A stretch of 64,000 nucleotides of DNA, taken from assembly GCF_009914755.1 (NCBI RefSeq), contig NC_060933.1. The stretch is one strand, 5' to 3'. Below, piece after piece: positions 1 to 13,233 of the stretch. Position numbers and translations under genes: made by a program. The notes under the pieces are model-generated. The model worked only from the letters and a program-made list of their open reading frames with translations, was not told the origin of the DNA and ran no database searches. Within the stretch, counting starts at the first letter, position 1. Every line of letters starts with the position of its first letter. This DNA comes from the human T2T-CHM13v2.0 reference genome, Homo sapiens.

Positions 1-87
1 GATGATCTCGATCTCCTGACCTAGTGATCTGCCCACCTCGGCCTCCCAAAGTGCTGGGATTACAGGCGTGAGCCACCGTGCCCGGCC
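1..87 (-). mobile_element. Alu left-arm 5' end (AluY/Sc-like), cut by window edge
   Basis: ...gcctcccaaagtgctgggattacaggcgtgagccaccgtgcccggcc is the reverse complement of the Alu 5' end; short 'gacctagtgatc' variant. Confidence 0.93.
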
Positions 88-679
88 AGCCAGATTCTTT
101 AATGTCTTTTAGTAATTTATATTGTCTATGAGTGATTAGCTACATGGATAATATTTATGTGGATAGTAGCGTAACTCCTAAGTCCTATTTTGAAGATTAC
201 CTGAGAAAATAATTTTGGATTATGTATAAAATATAGTAAGAACAATATAAATGTTAACTTTTAGTAATAATGATCTTTTTTGCCATTTTTAATGCTGTTT
301 ATATTTTTTCTATTGCTGTTTTATTTTAGATTGTAATGTTCTAGAAAAAAGAGCCTAGGTTCTTTAACATATATTAACAGTATTCATCTCACAATTTTCC
401 TATTGAGAAATTAACAAGAATTCCATGCCAATCATCCAGTGAGTATCATACTTCCCCTTCTTCTAGCTAAGCCATATAGGTCTAAATGAAATTAAAACTT
501 TCCCAAACTTTTAGTTAACTGTTCAGTTTGCAACAATTATGAGAGTAAAACTCAGTATCACTTTTACTTCAATTATGAGTAGAAAATACAGATATTGCTG
601 AACTCATTCCACATTTTATTGTAGCCATAGCCAACTGATAGTAATCTGACAGAAAAAAATGATATAGTAGTTATTTAAT

Positions 680-830
680 AATGCCAAGAAACCTAGATTC
701 TATTCTTGACTAAACTTGCCTTTGGATAAGTCATTTTCAATCTCTAGATAAGGTTTCTCATCTACAAAAATAGGTAGGTAGTTATATGCTAACTGATGTC
801 ACTTTTAGAAATAAAATTTTAGAGCTCTTT
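680..830 (+). mobile_element. MIR-family SINE fragment (highly diverged)
   Basis: ctttggataagtcattttcaatctct...gtttctcatctacaaaaat resembles the MIR core. Confidence 0.5.
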
Positions 831-1389
831 CAGTGTAATGCAGTAATGAATGAATTAACTAGAGCTGAAAGCACATACACACAGAGAGACACAGTTTATA
901 CACAGTTTAAACACATAAAGATGTGATTTACTGAGTATCAACATTCTTTGCTTCAAACATATATATTGGTAAAAACTTAAAACTAGAAAAATACAGCTGC
1001 CACAAATTGTTCTATAGGTTATTTTGAGAAATCCTTAGGTTAAACTGCTAAATGCTAGCAACAGACATATTTCTAGGAATGATTTTCTGAGCGTGTTCTT
1101 AGAATAGTTACAGACAAAGCAACATTTGCAGACTAGCCAAGAATCAAGGGATTGTGATTTTTGCGTGCTTTAATATTTTAAGTAATGTATTGATTTCATG
1201 GTAATGTTCTGATTTTATATTAGGTACAGTTAAATTTTATTTGTCTATTACTACGTTAGGCATATTTTTGAATTACATTGACCTTGCCCCCAACTCATTT
1301 TCTAGATGTTTGCATCCACTGGCATCTGTCAAAATAATATGAATATTTCTGTATCTTCTCTTTTCCATTTTTTTGTTGTTCTTGTTGTT

Positions 1390-2140
1390 ATATCTCATAA
1401 TTGAGGAATAATTTACATATGTACTATGTATATCACAAAATTTATCTATTTTTAAGTAGGTATTAAGTTTTTGCTGTTGTATTATCATTCAAACAACCCA
1501 CTTTTGATACACAGCTACTATTCTCTTTCTCATTTTCCTCATGCCCTTTGGAGCAAGTTTTCTCTCCAATAGACAGCCCAAGGAAACAATTAATCTGTAA
1601 TCTGTGATTACAACTTTACTTTATCAAGTATGTAGTTTTTTTCTGTAGGACTTTAATTGAGCCCAATATATTTGAAGTTCAATCATGTTGTTGCATATAT
1701 CACTAGTTTGTTCATTTTATTGTTGAGAAGTAATATAACGTATGAATGTAGATTGTATTTTTTGCATTCTCCGGGTGAAGGTTATATGGATTGTTCCTGG
1801 TACTGGCTTTTGTAATAATGTTGAGAGGACATTCATTACAAGTATTTGTGGTGACAAATGTTTTTATTTCTCATGGTTAGATAACTAGTAGTCAAAGTAC
1901 TGTTTCACCTTCTAAAAATTAGTAAATTCTTGTCCAAAATATCTGAATCATTTTACATCCCTACCAACAATACACGAGAATACTAGTTTCTCCATACCAT
2001 CACCAATGTTGAATATTGTCAATAATTTTTAATATAAACGTGTTTGTTTAGTGGTAACTCATTGTGATATTGACTTGAATTTCCCTAATAAGTAAACATC
2101 TTTTCATGTGCTTATTAGCAATTCTATTATCTTCTTGTGT
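1390..2140 (-). mobile_element. Old L1M (L1MB/L1ME-like) 3' end fragment
   Basis: Typical antisense L1M 3' motifs: catgttgttgcatatatcactagtttgttcattttattg, cattttacatccctaccaacaa, catcttttcatgtgcttattag. Confidence 0.75.
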
Positions 2141-2199
2141 AATACACCTACTCTGTGTATATATAATCTAGGTGTTTGCATCCACTGGTTTTTCTCATA

Positions 2200-2283
2200 A
2201 TAATATGAATATTATATGTTATATATTATTATATATTATATATATTTTATATATTTTTATATTATATATTAATATGTATATAT
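2200..2283. repeat. (TA)-rich low-complexity tract
   Basis: Almost pure A/T, degenerate tatat repeats. Confidence 0.85.
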
Positions 2284-2376
2284 GTAAAGCCGTGTTAGGT
2301 TAAAATATTTAAGTACTTGTATGCTTACAGAAAAACTGAGTGGACAGAATAGAGTTTGCATATAGCCACCCACACT

Positions 2377-2990
2377 TTTAGCTAGATGAACCAAGAAAAA
2401 ACAGAGAAGATTCAAATCACTAAAACCTGTAGTAAAGTTGGGTCATTGTTACTGACTGGAAAAGAACAAAAAAGGTTATAAGGGAATATTATGAACAAAT
2501 GTATGGCAATAAATTAGATAACTTAGGTAAAAGAGACAAAATCATAGAAAAACACAAACTACTGAAAGTGACTTAAGAAGAAACAGAAAATCTGAATAAA
2601 AATATAACAAATAAAGAGATTGACTTAGTAATTTGGAAACTTCCCACAACCAAAGGCCCGGCTCAGATGGCTTTTTGGTGAATTCTAATGAACATATAAA
2701 ATATTAATAATTATTATTCACAAGCTCTTCCAAAAAAAATGGAAAAAGGGAGCAGTTCCTTAATCATTTTCTGAGTACAATATTACCCTGATAATAAAAG
2801 CAGACAAAAACCTTACCAGAAAAGTAACTACAGACCAACATAACCAATATATAATTAATAGAGAAATCTGAAAAAAATACGAGCAAACCAAATCCAGTAA
2901 CATATAAAAAAATTATATACTATAAGTGGCATTTATCTCATAAGTGCAACATTAGTTCAGTATCCAAAAATCAGTTAATGTAGTACCACC
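2377..2990 (+). mobile_element. Old L1M ORF2 fragment (linker to start of RT)
   Basis: aagggaatattatgaacaaatgtatggcaataaattagataactta; cagatggctttttggtgaattcta; aactacagaccaa (NYRP motif); many stops and frameshifts. Confidence 0.85.
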
Positions 2991-5900
2991 AGTAAGGTAT
3001 AAGGTTTCCTTTTCTCTGCAGCCTCACGAGCATCTGTTGTTTTTGTTTGTTTGTTTGTTTTTACTTTTTAGTAATAGCCACTCTGACTTCTGTGAGATGG
3101 TATCTTATTGTGGTTTTGATTTGCATTTCTCTAATAATTAGCGATGATGAGGATTTTTTTCATATTTTTGTTGGCTATTTGTATGTCTTTTTCTGAGAAG
3201 TCTCTGCACATGTCCTTTGACCATTTTTTAATGGACTTATTTGTCTTTTAATACATGTTTTTACATTCTGGATATTAGATCTTTGTGAGATGCATAGTTT
3301 GTAAACATTTTCTCCCATTCTGTAAGTTGTCTATTTTGTTGATGATTTCTTTTGTTGTGGAGAAGCTCTTTAGGTTAATTAGGTTCTACTTGTCAATTTT
3401 TTGTTTTATTGCAATTGCTTTTGAGAACTTAGTCACAACTTCTTTGGCAAGGTCAATATCAAGAAAAGTATTTCCTACGTTTTCTTCTAGGATTATTATA
3501 CTTTGGGGTCTTACACTAAATATTTAATTCATCTTGAGTTGATGTTTGTGTATGGGGAAAGGAAAGATTCCAATTTCATTCTTCTGCTTATGGCTAACCT
3601 GTTATCTCAGCATCATTTATTGAATAGGGAGTCCTTTTTCCATTGCTTGTTTTGTTGGCTTTGTCAAAGATCAGATAGCTGTAGGTTTGCAGCTTTATTT
3701 CTGAGTTTTCTATTTAGTTTCATTGGTTTGTATGTCTGTTATTGTACCAGCACCATGCTATTTTGGGTACTGTAGCCTTATAGTATAGTTTGAAGTCAGG
3801 TAATGTAATGCTTTCAGCTTTGTTCTTTTTGCTTAGGCTCTTTCTTTGATACTATATGGATTTTAGGATAGTTATTTCTAATGCAAATATATGGAAATTA
3901 AACAACATCTTTCTCTGAAGAATGACATTGGTAGCTTGATAGGACTAGCATTGATTCTGTAAATTGCTTTGGGCAATGTGACCATTTTAATGGTATCTTT
4001 TTTTCCAATCCATGATCATCAAATGTTTTCCATTTAATTATGTTGTCTCTAATTTCTTTCAGCAGGATTTTATAGTTCTCCTTATAGAGATTGTTCACCT
4101 TCTAGGTTAGCTGTATTCCTAGGTATTTCATTTTTTGTGGCTGTTTTAAATGAAATTGTTCTTGATTTTACTTGAATTCTTAAGTTGTTCTTGATTTGAC
4201 TCTCAGCCTGGATGATATTGGTGTATTAAAATGCTACTTATTTTTGTACATTGATTTTGAATCCTGAAGCTTTACTAAAATCATTTATCAGTTCTAGTAG
4301 CATTTTGACAGTCTTTAGGGTTTTCTATGTGTAGAATCATATTATTAACGAAGAAAAGTACTTGGATTCCTTTTTTTTTTCTCTATTTGGATGCCATTTA
4401 TTTCTCTTGCCTGATTGCTGTGACTAGGACTTCCAGTACTACATTGAATAGGAGTGGGGAGATTGGGTTACACTGTCTTCTTCCAGTTCATAGGGCAATG
4501 CTTCCAGGTTTTGCCATTCTGTATGTTATTGGTCGTGGGTTTGTCTAAGAATTGCTCTTAATATGGTGAGGTGTGTTCCTCCAATGCCTAGTCTATTGCG
4601 GGTTTTTATTATGAAGGTATGCTGGATTCTATGGAAAGATTTTTCTGAGTCTATTGAGATGATCACATTGTTTTTGCTTTTAATTCTGTTTATGTGGTGA
4701 ATCACACGCATTGATTTGTGTATGTTGAACCAGCCTTGCATCCCAGGAATAAAGCCCATTTGATTGTGATGTATGAATTTTTCAATGTGCTGTTGAATTC
4801 GGTTTGCTAGTGTTCTGTTGAGGGTTCTTGCATCTATGGTCATCAGAGATATTGGCCGGAAATTTTCTTTTATCATTGTGTCTCTGCCATATTTTGATAT
4901 TATGCTGATACTGCCTTCACGGAATAAGTTAGGGAGGAGCCTTTCTTCCTTTTGGTGGAAATCATTTTAGTAGGATTGGTACCAGTTCTTTTTTGTACAT
5001 CTGGTAGAATTCAGCTGTGAATCTATCTAGTCAAGGCCTTTGTTTTTGTTGCTGTTGTTGTTGTTGTTGGTAGTGGTGGTAGGTTTTTTATTACTGATTT
5101 AATTTCAGAGCGCTGTTGGTCTATTGTGGATTTCAATCTCTTCCTGATTCAAACTTCCTGAATCCTAATTCAATATTGTGTGTTTCCAGAAATTTCCTCT
5201 AAATTTCTAATTTTTTGAATAGATTTGTTCACAGTATTCTCTGAGAATCTTTTGTATATCTGTGGGGCCAGTTGTAACATTATCTTTGTCATTTTGGATT
5301 CTAATTATTTAGATCTTCTCTTTTTTAAATTAATCTAGCTAGTGGTCATTTGATCTCATTTATGTTTTTGAAGAAAAAACCCTTGGTTTTATTGATCTTT
5401 TATATGGATATTTGCATCACAATTTAATTCAGTTCCTCTCGATTTTAGTTATTTCTTTTCTTCTGCTAGCTTTGGGATTGGCTTGTTGTTTATTTTCTAG
5501 TTCCTTTAATTAGAAAGTTAGATCATTAATATGAAATCTTTCTAATTTCTGAATGAAGATGTTTAGCATTATAAACTTTTCTCTTGACACTGCTTTAGCT
5601 TCATGCCAAAGGTTTTGGTAAGTTACGTTATTACGTTCATTACTAGCAAATAATTTTAAAATTTCTGCTTTAATTTTCATGTTAACCCAGGAGTTATTCA
5701 AGAGCAAGTTATATAATTTCCATGTATTCATGCAGGTTTGAGACATATTCTTGATACTAATTTCTATTTTTTTCACTGAGGTCTGGGAGTGTGCTTGGTA
5801 TAATTTTAATTTTTCTGAACTTATTGAGACATGCTGTATGACCAAGCATATGGTCAATCTTATATTATGATCAGTGTGCAGATGAGAAGAATGCATATTC

Positions 5901-8530
5901 TGTAGTTTTTGGGTGGAGTGTTCTGTAGATGTTTGTTAGTTCCAATTGGTCAAGTATGAAGTTCAGAGGCAATTTGTTAGTTTTCTGTCTCAGTGATCTA
6001 ATGCTGTCAGTGGGCTGTTGAAGTCTCCCACTATAATTCTGTGGTCATCTAAGTCTTCTTGTAGGCCAAGAATAACTTGTTTTATGAACCTGGGTGCTTC
6101 AGTGTTGAGTGTGTATACATTTACAATAGTTAAACCTTCTTGGTGGATTATATCCTTTATCATTACCTAATGCCCTTTTTTGTCCTTCTTAATTTTTATG
6201 GGTTTAAGGTCTGTTTCTGTTTTATCTGATATAAGAACAGCTACTCCTGCTCTGTTTCATTTTCCATTTGCATGACAGATTGTTTCTCCATTCCTTAAGT
6301 TTGAGCCTGTGGGTGTCATTACATATGAGATGGGTCTCATAAAGAGAGCAGATGGTTGGGTCTTGTCTTTTTATCCACATTGCCACTCTATGTCTTTAAG
6401 TAGGTTGTTTAGTCTCTATACATTCCGGGTTCATATTAATATGTGAAATTTTGGTATTGTCATCATGTTATTAGCTTATTATTATGTAGGCTTGATTGTG
6501 TAGTTGTTTCATAGTGCCTATAGTGTTTAAATGTGTTTTGTGGTAGCAGGTGTGGTTCTCATGATTTCATGTTTAGCACTACTTTAAGGACCCTTTTTAA
6601 GTCTGGTCTAGTTGAAATGAATTCCCTCAGCATTTGCTTGTCTGTGACAGGTTTTATTTCTCCTTCATGTATAAAGCTTAGTTTGGCAGGGTATATTATA
6701 GAATTCTTGGTTATAATTTCTTTTTCTTATCTTCATCTCTTTCCATAATCCCATATTTCTTGGAGGTTTATTTCATTGTTTAAATTCTTTTTCCAAAAAA
6801 AAAAAACTCTGTCTGACTGAGTTGATTCAAAGAACTGGTCTTCAAGCTCTGAGATTCTTTCCTCAGCTCAGTCTATTCTGCTGTTAATAATTCTGATCAT
6901 ATTATGAAATTATTGTAAATTTTTTAGCTGTAGAAATTCACTTTGGTTCTTTCCTAAAATGGCTTTCATCTTTCAACTCTTGGATCATTTTAGTAGATAC
7001 TTGGATTCCCTGTATTGGATTTCATCTTTTTCCTGAATCTCAGTGAGCTTCCTTGCCATCCAGATTTTGAATTCTATGTCTGTCATTTCAGACTAGTTAA
7101 GAACCATTACTGGGGAGCTAGCTGACACACTTGGATGTAATGGAACACTGGCCTTTTAAATTGCCAGAGTTCTTGCACTGATTCTTTCTCATCTGGGAGG
7201 GTTGGTGTTCCTTTAACTGTGGTGTAACTTGATTATATTCAGCTGGCTTCATTTCTGGATGCTTTTGGAGGGCCTGGGCTCTGTACAAGATCTTTATGTG
7301 TGAGTGATTCTTGCGTTTAGTTTCACAGATTTATTCATATATACTAGCAGGAAATGTTTGGTGTTGTAGTTTTGGCTGTGATTCAGTAGACAGCCCTTAA
7401 GAGTAATAGGCCATAGCTGGGCTGTGTAGCCCTTTTGCAGTTTCTTGCATTCACAGGCACTCTCAGTGATTGGGGATGAAGAAAGATTATCCTCTCACCA
7501 GGCAGGCCCTTTGACCTCGGAGGAGCCCTCTCCAAACACTGGTGTCATACCTGCGTTTCTTTGTTAGATGTTCTGGGCCAAGGGGCTCCCTCAGGAATAG
7601 GCTGCAGAAGACAAATAGGCCACACCCTTTCTGCAGGGCCTCTAGAGAGAAGCAGGCTCTGCTTTAGCTCTAGTTCCAGAAACCCATGTCTCACCTCTCT
7701 CAATACCCTGAGAATAAGGGCTTATCTCCTGCCTGAGTGGTGGCCACAGATCTCAGCTCAATACTCCTGAGCTGTATGCCACAATCCTAGGGGCAATGGG
7801 ACATCCCATGGCTCAGGGTCATGCTCTAGCTGTACGGGAGGACCAGGTGTGGTCCCAGATCACTAGGGAAGTACTCAGGTGGAGCAATGCACTCATGCTG
7901 GGCTGCAGAAACTGTGCCATGCACCTGCTCCTGAAAGCTGTCTAGGCATGGGCCCTCAGAGGGATGGCTGGCAGGAGGGCTTGCAAAACAGATGGGCCCC
8001 AGTCCTGTGGGGAAGCTAGCCCTGCTCTCTCCCTACTCAGTGGTCCCCTGGGGCCAGAGCTTCCTACGGCAGGAGGTGGGGGAGACCCCTGAGGGATGAG
8101 CATATATGGCCACTCCTTTGCAGGAGCTGTTAATTGCACAAGAGCTTCTAGGCTCCATGCCCTCTGGAGGCCTGTGTCTGCTTACTGCTCAGGCACTTCA
8201 CCCTGCCAGCTCACATGTCTATGGGGAATGCAGGGTCCTCTGTAGCTAGGATCCTGAGGCTTGTAGGAGAGTGAGCCTTCCCTGAATTCATTCACTCACC
8301 CCTTTCCCAGGAGCCAGTTTGGGACCAGAAGTTAGTGTTTGGGTTCCCTGTGCAAGGTTTCCTACTTCCTCCCTCTTCAAGCTCAGCTTCATCATCCTTC
8401 TCTATTCACTCTCAGCATTTTCTTTCCAAAGATCTGCCCAAATTATGTTGGTGTACTCAGTAGTTTGGTCTCTCTCATTGGGAGCAGTGCTTCCTGGTCA
8501 TGTCTAGTCAGCTATTTTGTCCCCTCCTCC
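2991..8530 (-). mobile_element. Near full-length decayed L1 (L1PA15/16-L1PB-like): 5'UTR, partly deleted ORF1, disrupted ORF2, no 3'UTR or poly(A)
   Basis: ORF remnants 4526-4876 ([37 protein letters not shown]), 5510-5896 (end of endonuclease), 3898-4098 (LYKENYKILLKEI); GC-richer 5'UTR about 7250-8530 ending ctagtcagctattttg. Confidence 0.93.
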
Positions 8531-8559
8531 CTAATTCTCTATTTAGTGTATGAAAAATT

Positions 8560-8960
8560 AATATGCAAAATACATGTGGTTATGATAATAAGAAATTATT
8601 TACATTCTCACTAATCATGAAACAAAATATTGTGTAATAGAATATTACCAGAAACTTTGGTATGAGGCCCTCTCTAAACTTTTCCTTCCCACTAATCCTC
8701 AACATGAGTCACTACCCTCAATACTATCTTATTCATTTTCTTGTGGGTTTAAAATATTGGTATTTATCTCTAACCTATCTAAGTTTCTTTTTATCTTTGT
8801 ATAACTAGAATCATAATTTTTAAATGACTTCATATTTGTTCAACATTATATTCTTTACAGTCATAAATTGATGTGGATAGTTGTAGCTAATTTATTTTTA
8901 TTGGAGTATAGTACTTCATAAAATAAATATTTTAATTCATTTGTACACTGTCCTATATTA
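8560..8960 (-). mobile_element. Very old L1ME-like 3' fragment
   Basis: tgttcaacattatattc..., tgtagctaatttatttttattggagtatagtacttc resemble the antisense L1ME 3'UTR. Confidence 0.45.
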
Positions 8961-9049
8961 TCCTTTTAAATTATTTTACTTTCAAGTTTATACATCATAA
9001 AATTTAAGATAAATCATGTCTATGTTGCACAAAGATGAATATTATTTTT

Positions 9050-9327
9050 CTATTTCTTAATAGACTTTATATTTAGAGAGGTATTATGATTACAGAAAGA
9101 CAGAGCAAAAAGTACAGAGAACTCATACACTCCCTCATTCCTTATCCTCCTTTTCACCAATTACTGAGATCTTGCATTGGTGTGGTAAAGCTTTCACAAT
9201 TGATGAACCATTATTGATACATGAGTATTAACTAAAGTTCATAGTTTACGTTGGGGTTTACTCTTAGCACTTTACAGCCCTATGAGCTGTGCCAAATGCA
9301 TTATATCATGTATCCACCATCACAGTA
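9050..9327 (-). mobile_element. L1MC/L1MD-type 3' end
   Basis: aatagactttatatttagag, cttgcattggtgtggta, acaattgatgaacc, aactaaagttcatagtttac, catgtatccaccat. Confidence 0.8.
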
Positions 9328-10487
9328 CACTCATACCTTGGAGATATTGAAGATTCAGTTCCAGATCACCTGCAATAAAGCAAATATTGCAATAAAGTGA
9401 GTCATACAAATTTATTCATTTCCCAGTAAATGTAAAAGTTATACTTACACTACACTTTAGTCATCCATGAGGCCTGGAATCAGTTTCTTTCAGACTCCTG
9501 TTAATGTTGATATTTTTACCTCCTCCCATGAATCATGAACACTTTTATTAGCATCTGAATTGGTGAATCATTTCCAGATTTTCAACTGACTGCTCAGATC
9601 TATCCAAGGAATTACCATCTATGACAGCTAACTCCTTACCAAATGTATTTATTAAATAATATTACTTGAAAGTCAAAATTACTCCTTGATCCATGGAATG
9701 CAGAATGGATATTGTGTTCACAGGCACAAGAATGACCTTAATATCTTTGTACATTTGCATCAGAGCTCTTGGGTGAAAGCTATGATGTACCAGCAGGTGC
9801 ATTGTCAATGAGCAAGCAGTACTATTATGAAAGGAATTTTTTTCTCAGTAGTAGGTCTCAAGAGTGGTCTTAAAGTATTCAGTAAACTATGCAGTAAACA
9901 GATGTGCTGTCATCCGGGATTTGTTGTATCATTTATGAAGCACAGATAAAGTAGATTTCACATAATTCATAAGGACCCTAGAATTTTCAGAAAAATGAAT
10001 AAACATTGGCTTCATTAAAATTAGCAGTTGTAATAACACCTAACAAGAGAGTCAGCCTGTTTTTTGAAGCTCTGGAGCCAGGTATTAACTTCCCCTCTCT
10101 AGCTATGAAAGTCTTAGATAGCATCTTCCACTAAAGTATGAGCCCATTTCATTTACACTAAAAATCTGTTGTTTAGTGTAGCCACCTTTATCAATTATCT
10201 TAGCTGGATCTTCTGGATAGGTTGCTGCAGCTTCTACATTAGCTGTTTTACCTTGTGCTTCTATGTTATAGAGATGGTGTCTTTCCTTAAACCTCATGAA
10301 CCAACCTCTGCTAGCTTTCAATTTTTCTTCTGCAGCTTCCTCACCTCTCTCAGCTTTCCTAGAATTGGAGAGAGTTATGGTTTCACTCTGGATCAGGCTT
10401 TGTCTTAAGGGAATGTTGTATCTAGTTTGATCTCCTATCCATACCACTAAAACTTTATATAAGTAGAAAACTGTTTTAATTTCCTAT
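9328..10487 (-). mobile_element. Tigger1 DNA transposon (3' TIR plus partial pogo/CENP-B-like transposase), truncated
   Basis: TA at 9326-9327 followed by TIR cactcataccttggagatattg; ORF 10103-10447 [49 protein letters not shown] is the Tigger1/TIGD1-like HTH region. Confidence 0.93.
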
Positions 10488-10882
10488 TGTTATGGTTTGA
10501 ATGTAATTTGTCTCTACCAAAACTGACATTAACATTTGATTTCCAAGTTGGCAGTGTTGGGAGGTATTTGGGTCGTGAAGGAGGATCCTGTATTAGAAGA
10601 TTGATATCCTCTTGTGGGAATAGATTAGTTACTGAAAGTACAGGTTGTTAAAATGCATCTGGCTTCAATGGTTTCTTCTCTTGCTTCCTCTCTCATCATG
10701 GAATCTCTACACACAACCACCTTTTGCTTTCCAGCATGAGTCAAAGCAGCCTGAAGCCCTCACTAGATGCAGCTGCACAATCTTGAACTTTTTAGCCACA
10801 AGGATTGTGAGCCAAATAAGCTCATCTTCTTTATAAATTACTTCTGGTATTCTGTTATAGTAACACAAAACTAACTAAGACA
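10488..10882 (+). mobile_element. MaLR LTR (MSTB1-like), 5' LTR
   Basis: Starts tgttatggtttgaatg..ttgtctctaccaaaact; ends ttctgttatagtaacacaaaactaactaagaca. Confidence 0.85.
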
Positions 10883-13233
10883 GAAAATTGGTACTATAAA
10901 ATTCTCTGATATGGTTAAAGTGGCTTTGGAACTGGGTAATGAGCAGAGGTTGGAAGAGTTTAAATTTGCAGGCAAGAGAAACATTGTATAGCAGTAAATG
11001 GAACATTAATGGTGATTCTGGCGAGGGCTGAGAAGAATACAAAAAGACCAGGAAAAGTTTGAAACTTCTTAGAGATTGGTTAAGTGTTCATGAACAAAAT
11101 GCTGATAGAAATATAGACAGTAAATGCCATATGATGAGCTCTCATATGGGAAGGAGGAACAAGGTATTGGAAATTAAACAAAAGGTGATTTGTATTATGC
11201 CATAGCAAAGAAATTGGCTGCATTGTGTTCATACCCTAGAACTTTGTGGAGGGCCAAACTTAAGAGTGATAACCTAGGGTATCAAGCAGAAGACATTTCT
11301 AAACAGTAAAGTATTCAGGCTACTGCATGGTTACTTCTAACTGCCTACAGTGAACTGCTGGGGAAAAAAAAAAGAGCAGGGTGGGAAAACCTGAAAAATT
11401 TGTGGCCTGGCCATGTGGTAGGGAAGAAGAACAAGCTGTTTTCAGGAAAGAAATTAAAGAGTGCAGCTGAGAGAGTCTTTTAAAAAAAAGATTAGCATGG
11501 CTAAAAGGGAGCCAGGTGTTAATAGAACAATGAGAAAAAAGGCCTCAAGGACATTTCACAGATCCTCAAGGCTGTCCTTCTCATCACAGGCCAGGAGACC
11601 TAGAGGTACAGAGTGGTTTCAGGGAATAGGCTTGGGACACCAGTTTTCTGCATCACCTTAGTTACCCTGCTCCATGTATCGCAGCTACTCTGGCTACAGC
11701 ATCCATGGCTCAAACAGCCCCAGATGTGGCTTGGGCCACTTTTCTGGAGGGCCCAATGGGTAAACCTTAGTGGCATCCATGTCAATGTGGTGCTAATTTT
11801 GTAAGCTGGCAGAATGCAAGAGAAATAACAGCATCAAGGCCTCCATGTAGATTTCAGAGGATGTATTGGAAAGCTTGGGAGCCCATTGGAAAACTTGTCC
11901 CAGGGACAAAATCACTGTAGAGATTCACTGCTATAACAATGCAGAGTGAAGTTTGGGTCAGAACTGCCACAAAGAGCTCACACTGGAGCAATGCCTAATG
12001 GTATGAGGCTGCCACTGGGACCCCAGAAATGTAAAGCCATTGGCAGCATGCAACCTCAGTCCAGAAAAGCTACAGACATTCAGTTGCAATCCATGACAGC
12101 AGCTATGTGTATTGCACCCAGCAAAGCCATTTAGGCAGGTCCACCCCAGTCTTTGGTGACCCAAAACCGTCACTGTGCCCAGGACGCATGGAGGGAAAGA
12201 TTATGCTGGAGCCCTAAGATTTCATGTATGCTCTGCTGTGTTTCAAACTTGTGTACGGCCTTTAATTCCATTCTTTTGGCCTATTTAACTCCCAACCCTC
12301 CTTTCTTTTTTCTTTTTCTTTTCTTTTTTTTTTTTTTACAGGCTGGAAGGAATTTGCCTTGAGTTTCAGAAGATACTTTGGAGTTTGGGCTTTTGAGTTG
12401 ACGTTAAAATGAGTTAAGATTTGGGGAATATTGGGATGTAATGATTGTATTTTGCATATGAAAATGAAACTACCTTTGCAAAAATTGTAGCAGTGAGAGA
12501 AATCTAACCTAACTAACTCTGTCTTGCTTCTAACCTCACAAGCTAACCACTTTTGTTAACTTAAGACAGTTCTTTTTTCAAAACTAACCCACTCCTTGTT
12601 TGGGGATGGAAATTCCCTTTATAAGACTAATGAAGGGGCATGAGTTTAGGATTATAGGAGGGGCCTGTATTCTGATGAGATAGAGGCATGGTTAAACAAT
12701 AGCTAGCCATTGTTCCAGAAGTCACAAAATTTGTATCTTCCCCAATTGCTCCTGTAGATAACATCACTATTGTCAAAACCTAAGATTATCCTTTGAGACT
12801 TTTTTTTAGACTTTTGCATTCTGGTGACCAACTGACTCCACCCAGACCCATGACTCATACCAAGGAACTGACTCCTACCCAGAAATTGATCCAGAACATG
12901 AAAACAGTTTGAATACTCCTGTGATTTCATCCCCAACCAATCAGTAGCACTCATTCCCTAGCTCCTGGCCACTAAGTTATCTTAGAAAATCTTAGTCAAA
13001 TGCTTTTGGGGCAGCAGGTTTCAGAAATGTCTCCCATCCTGCTGCTTGGCTGGACCTTCAATAATTAAACCCTTTCTTTGATGCAATACCTGCTGTTCTC
13101 AGTGCATTGGCTTTTCTGGGCAGCAGGCAAGATGAACCTGTTGGGCTGTTACAAATTAGACATGAGTTTTGAGAGCCAAGCATGGAATTCTGTGATTTAG
13201 ATGTTGAAATTTGATCTCCAATGTGGCAGTTTG
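10883..13233 (+). mobile_element. MST-int internal region plus start of 3' LTR (about 13188-13233), interrupted by LTR8
   Basis: gaaaattggtac..gtggctttggaactgggtaatg..cagaggttggaagagttt; end motif atgattgtattttgca resumes after LTR8 as gacatgag..gaa|ttctgtgatttagatgttgaaatttgatctccaatgtggcag. Confidence 0.85.
12465..13153 (+). mobile_element. Solo ERV1 LTR (LTR8/LTR8A-like), 689 bp
   Basis: TG...CA ends: tgaaactacctttgcaaaaatt ... gatgaacctgttgggctgttaca; attaaa poly(A)-signal variant near 13064. Confidence 0.88.

Noticed and set aside
2377-2990. + strand L1 piece as a twin-priming inversion of the adjacent minus-strand L1
   Set aside because: It sits at the 3' side of that element, overlaps it in L1 coordinates and looks like an older subfamily
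4526-4876. Reverse transcriptase ORF
   Set aside because: Short surviving frame of a decayed L1 ORF2; no intact ORF and no associated novel system
10103-10447. 114-aa ORF resembling TIGD1/CENP-B-type proteins
   Set aside because: Lies in a truncated Tigger1 copy with an internal deletion and disrupted flanking frames; a fossil, not a domesticated gene
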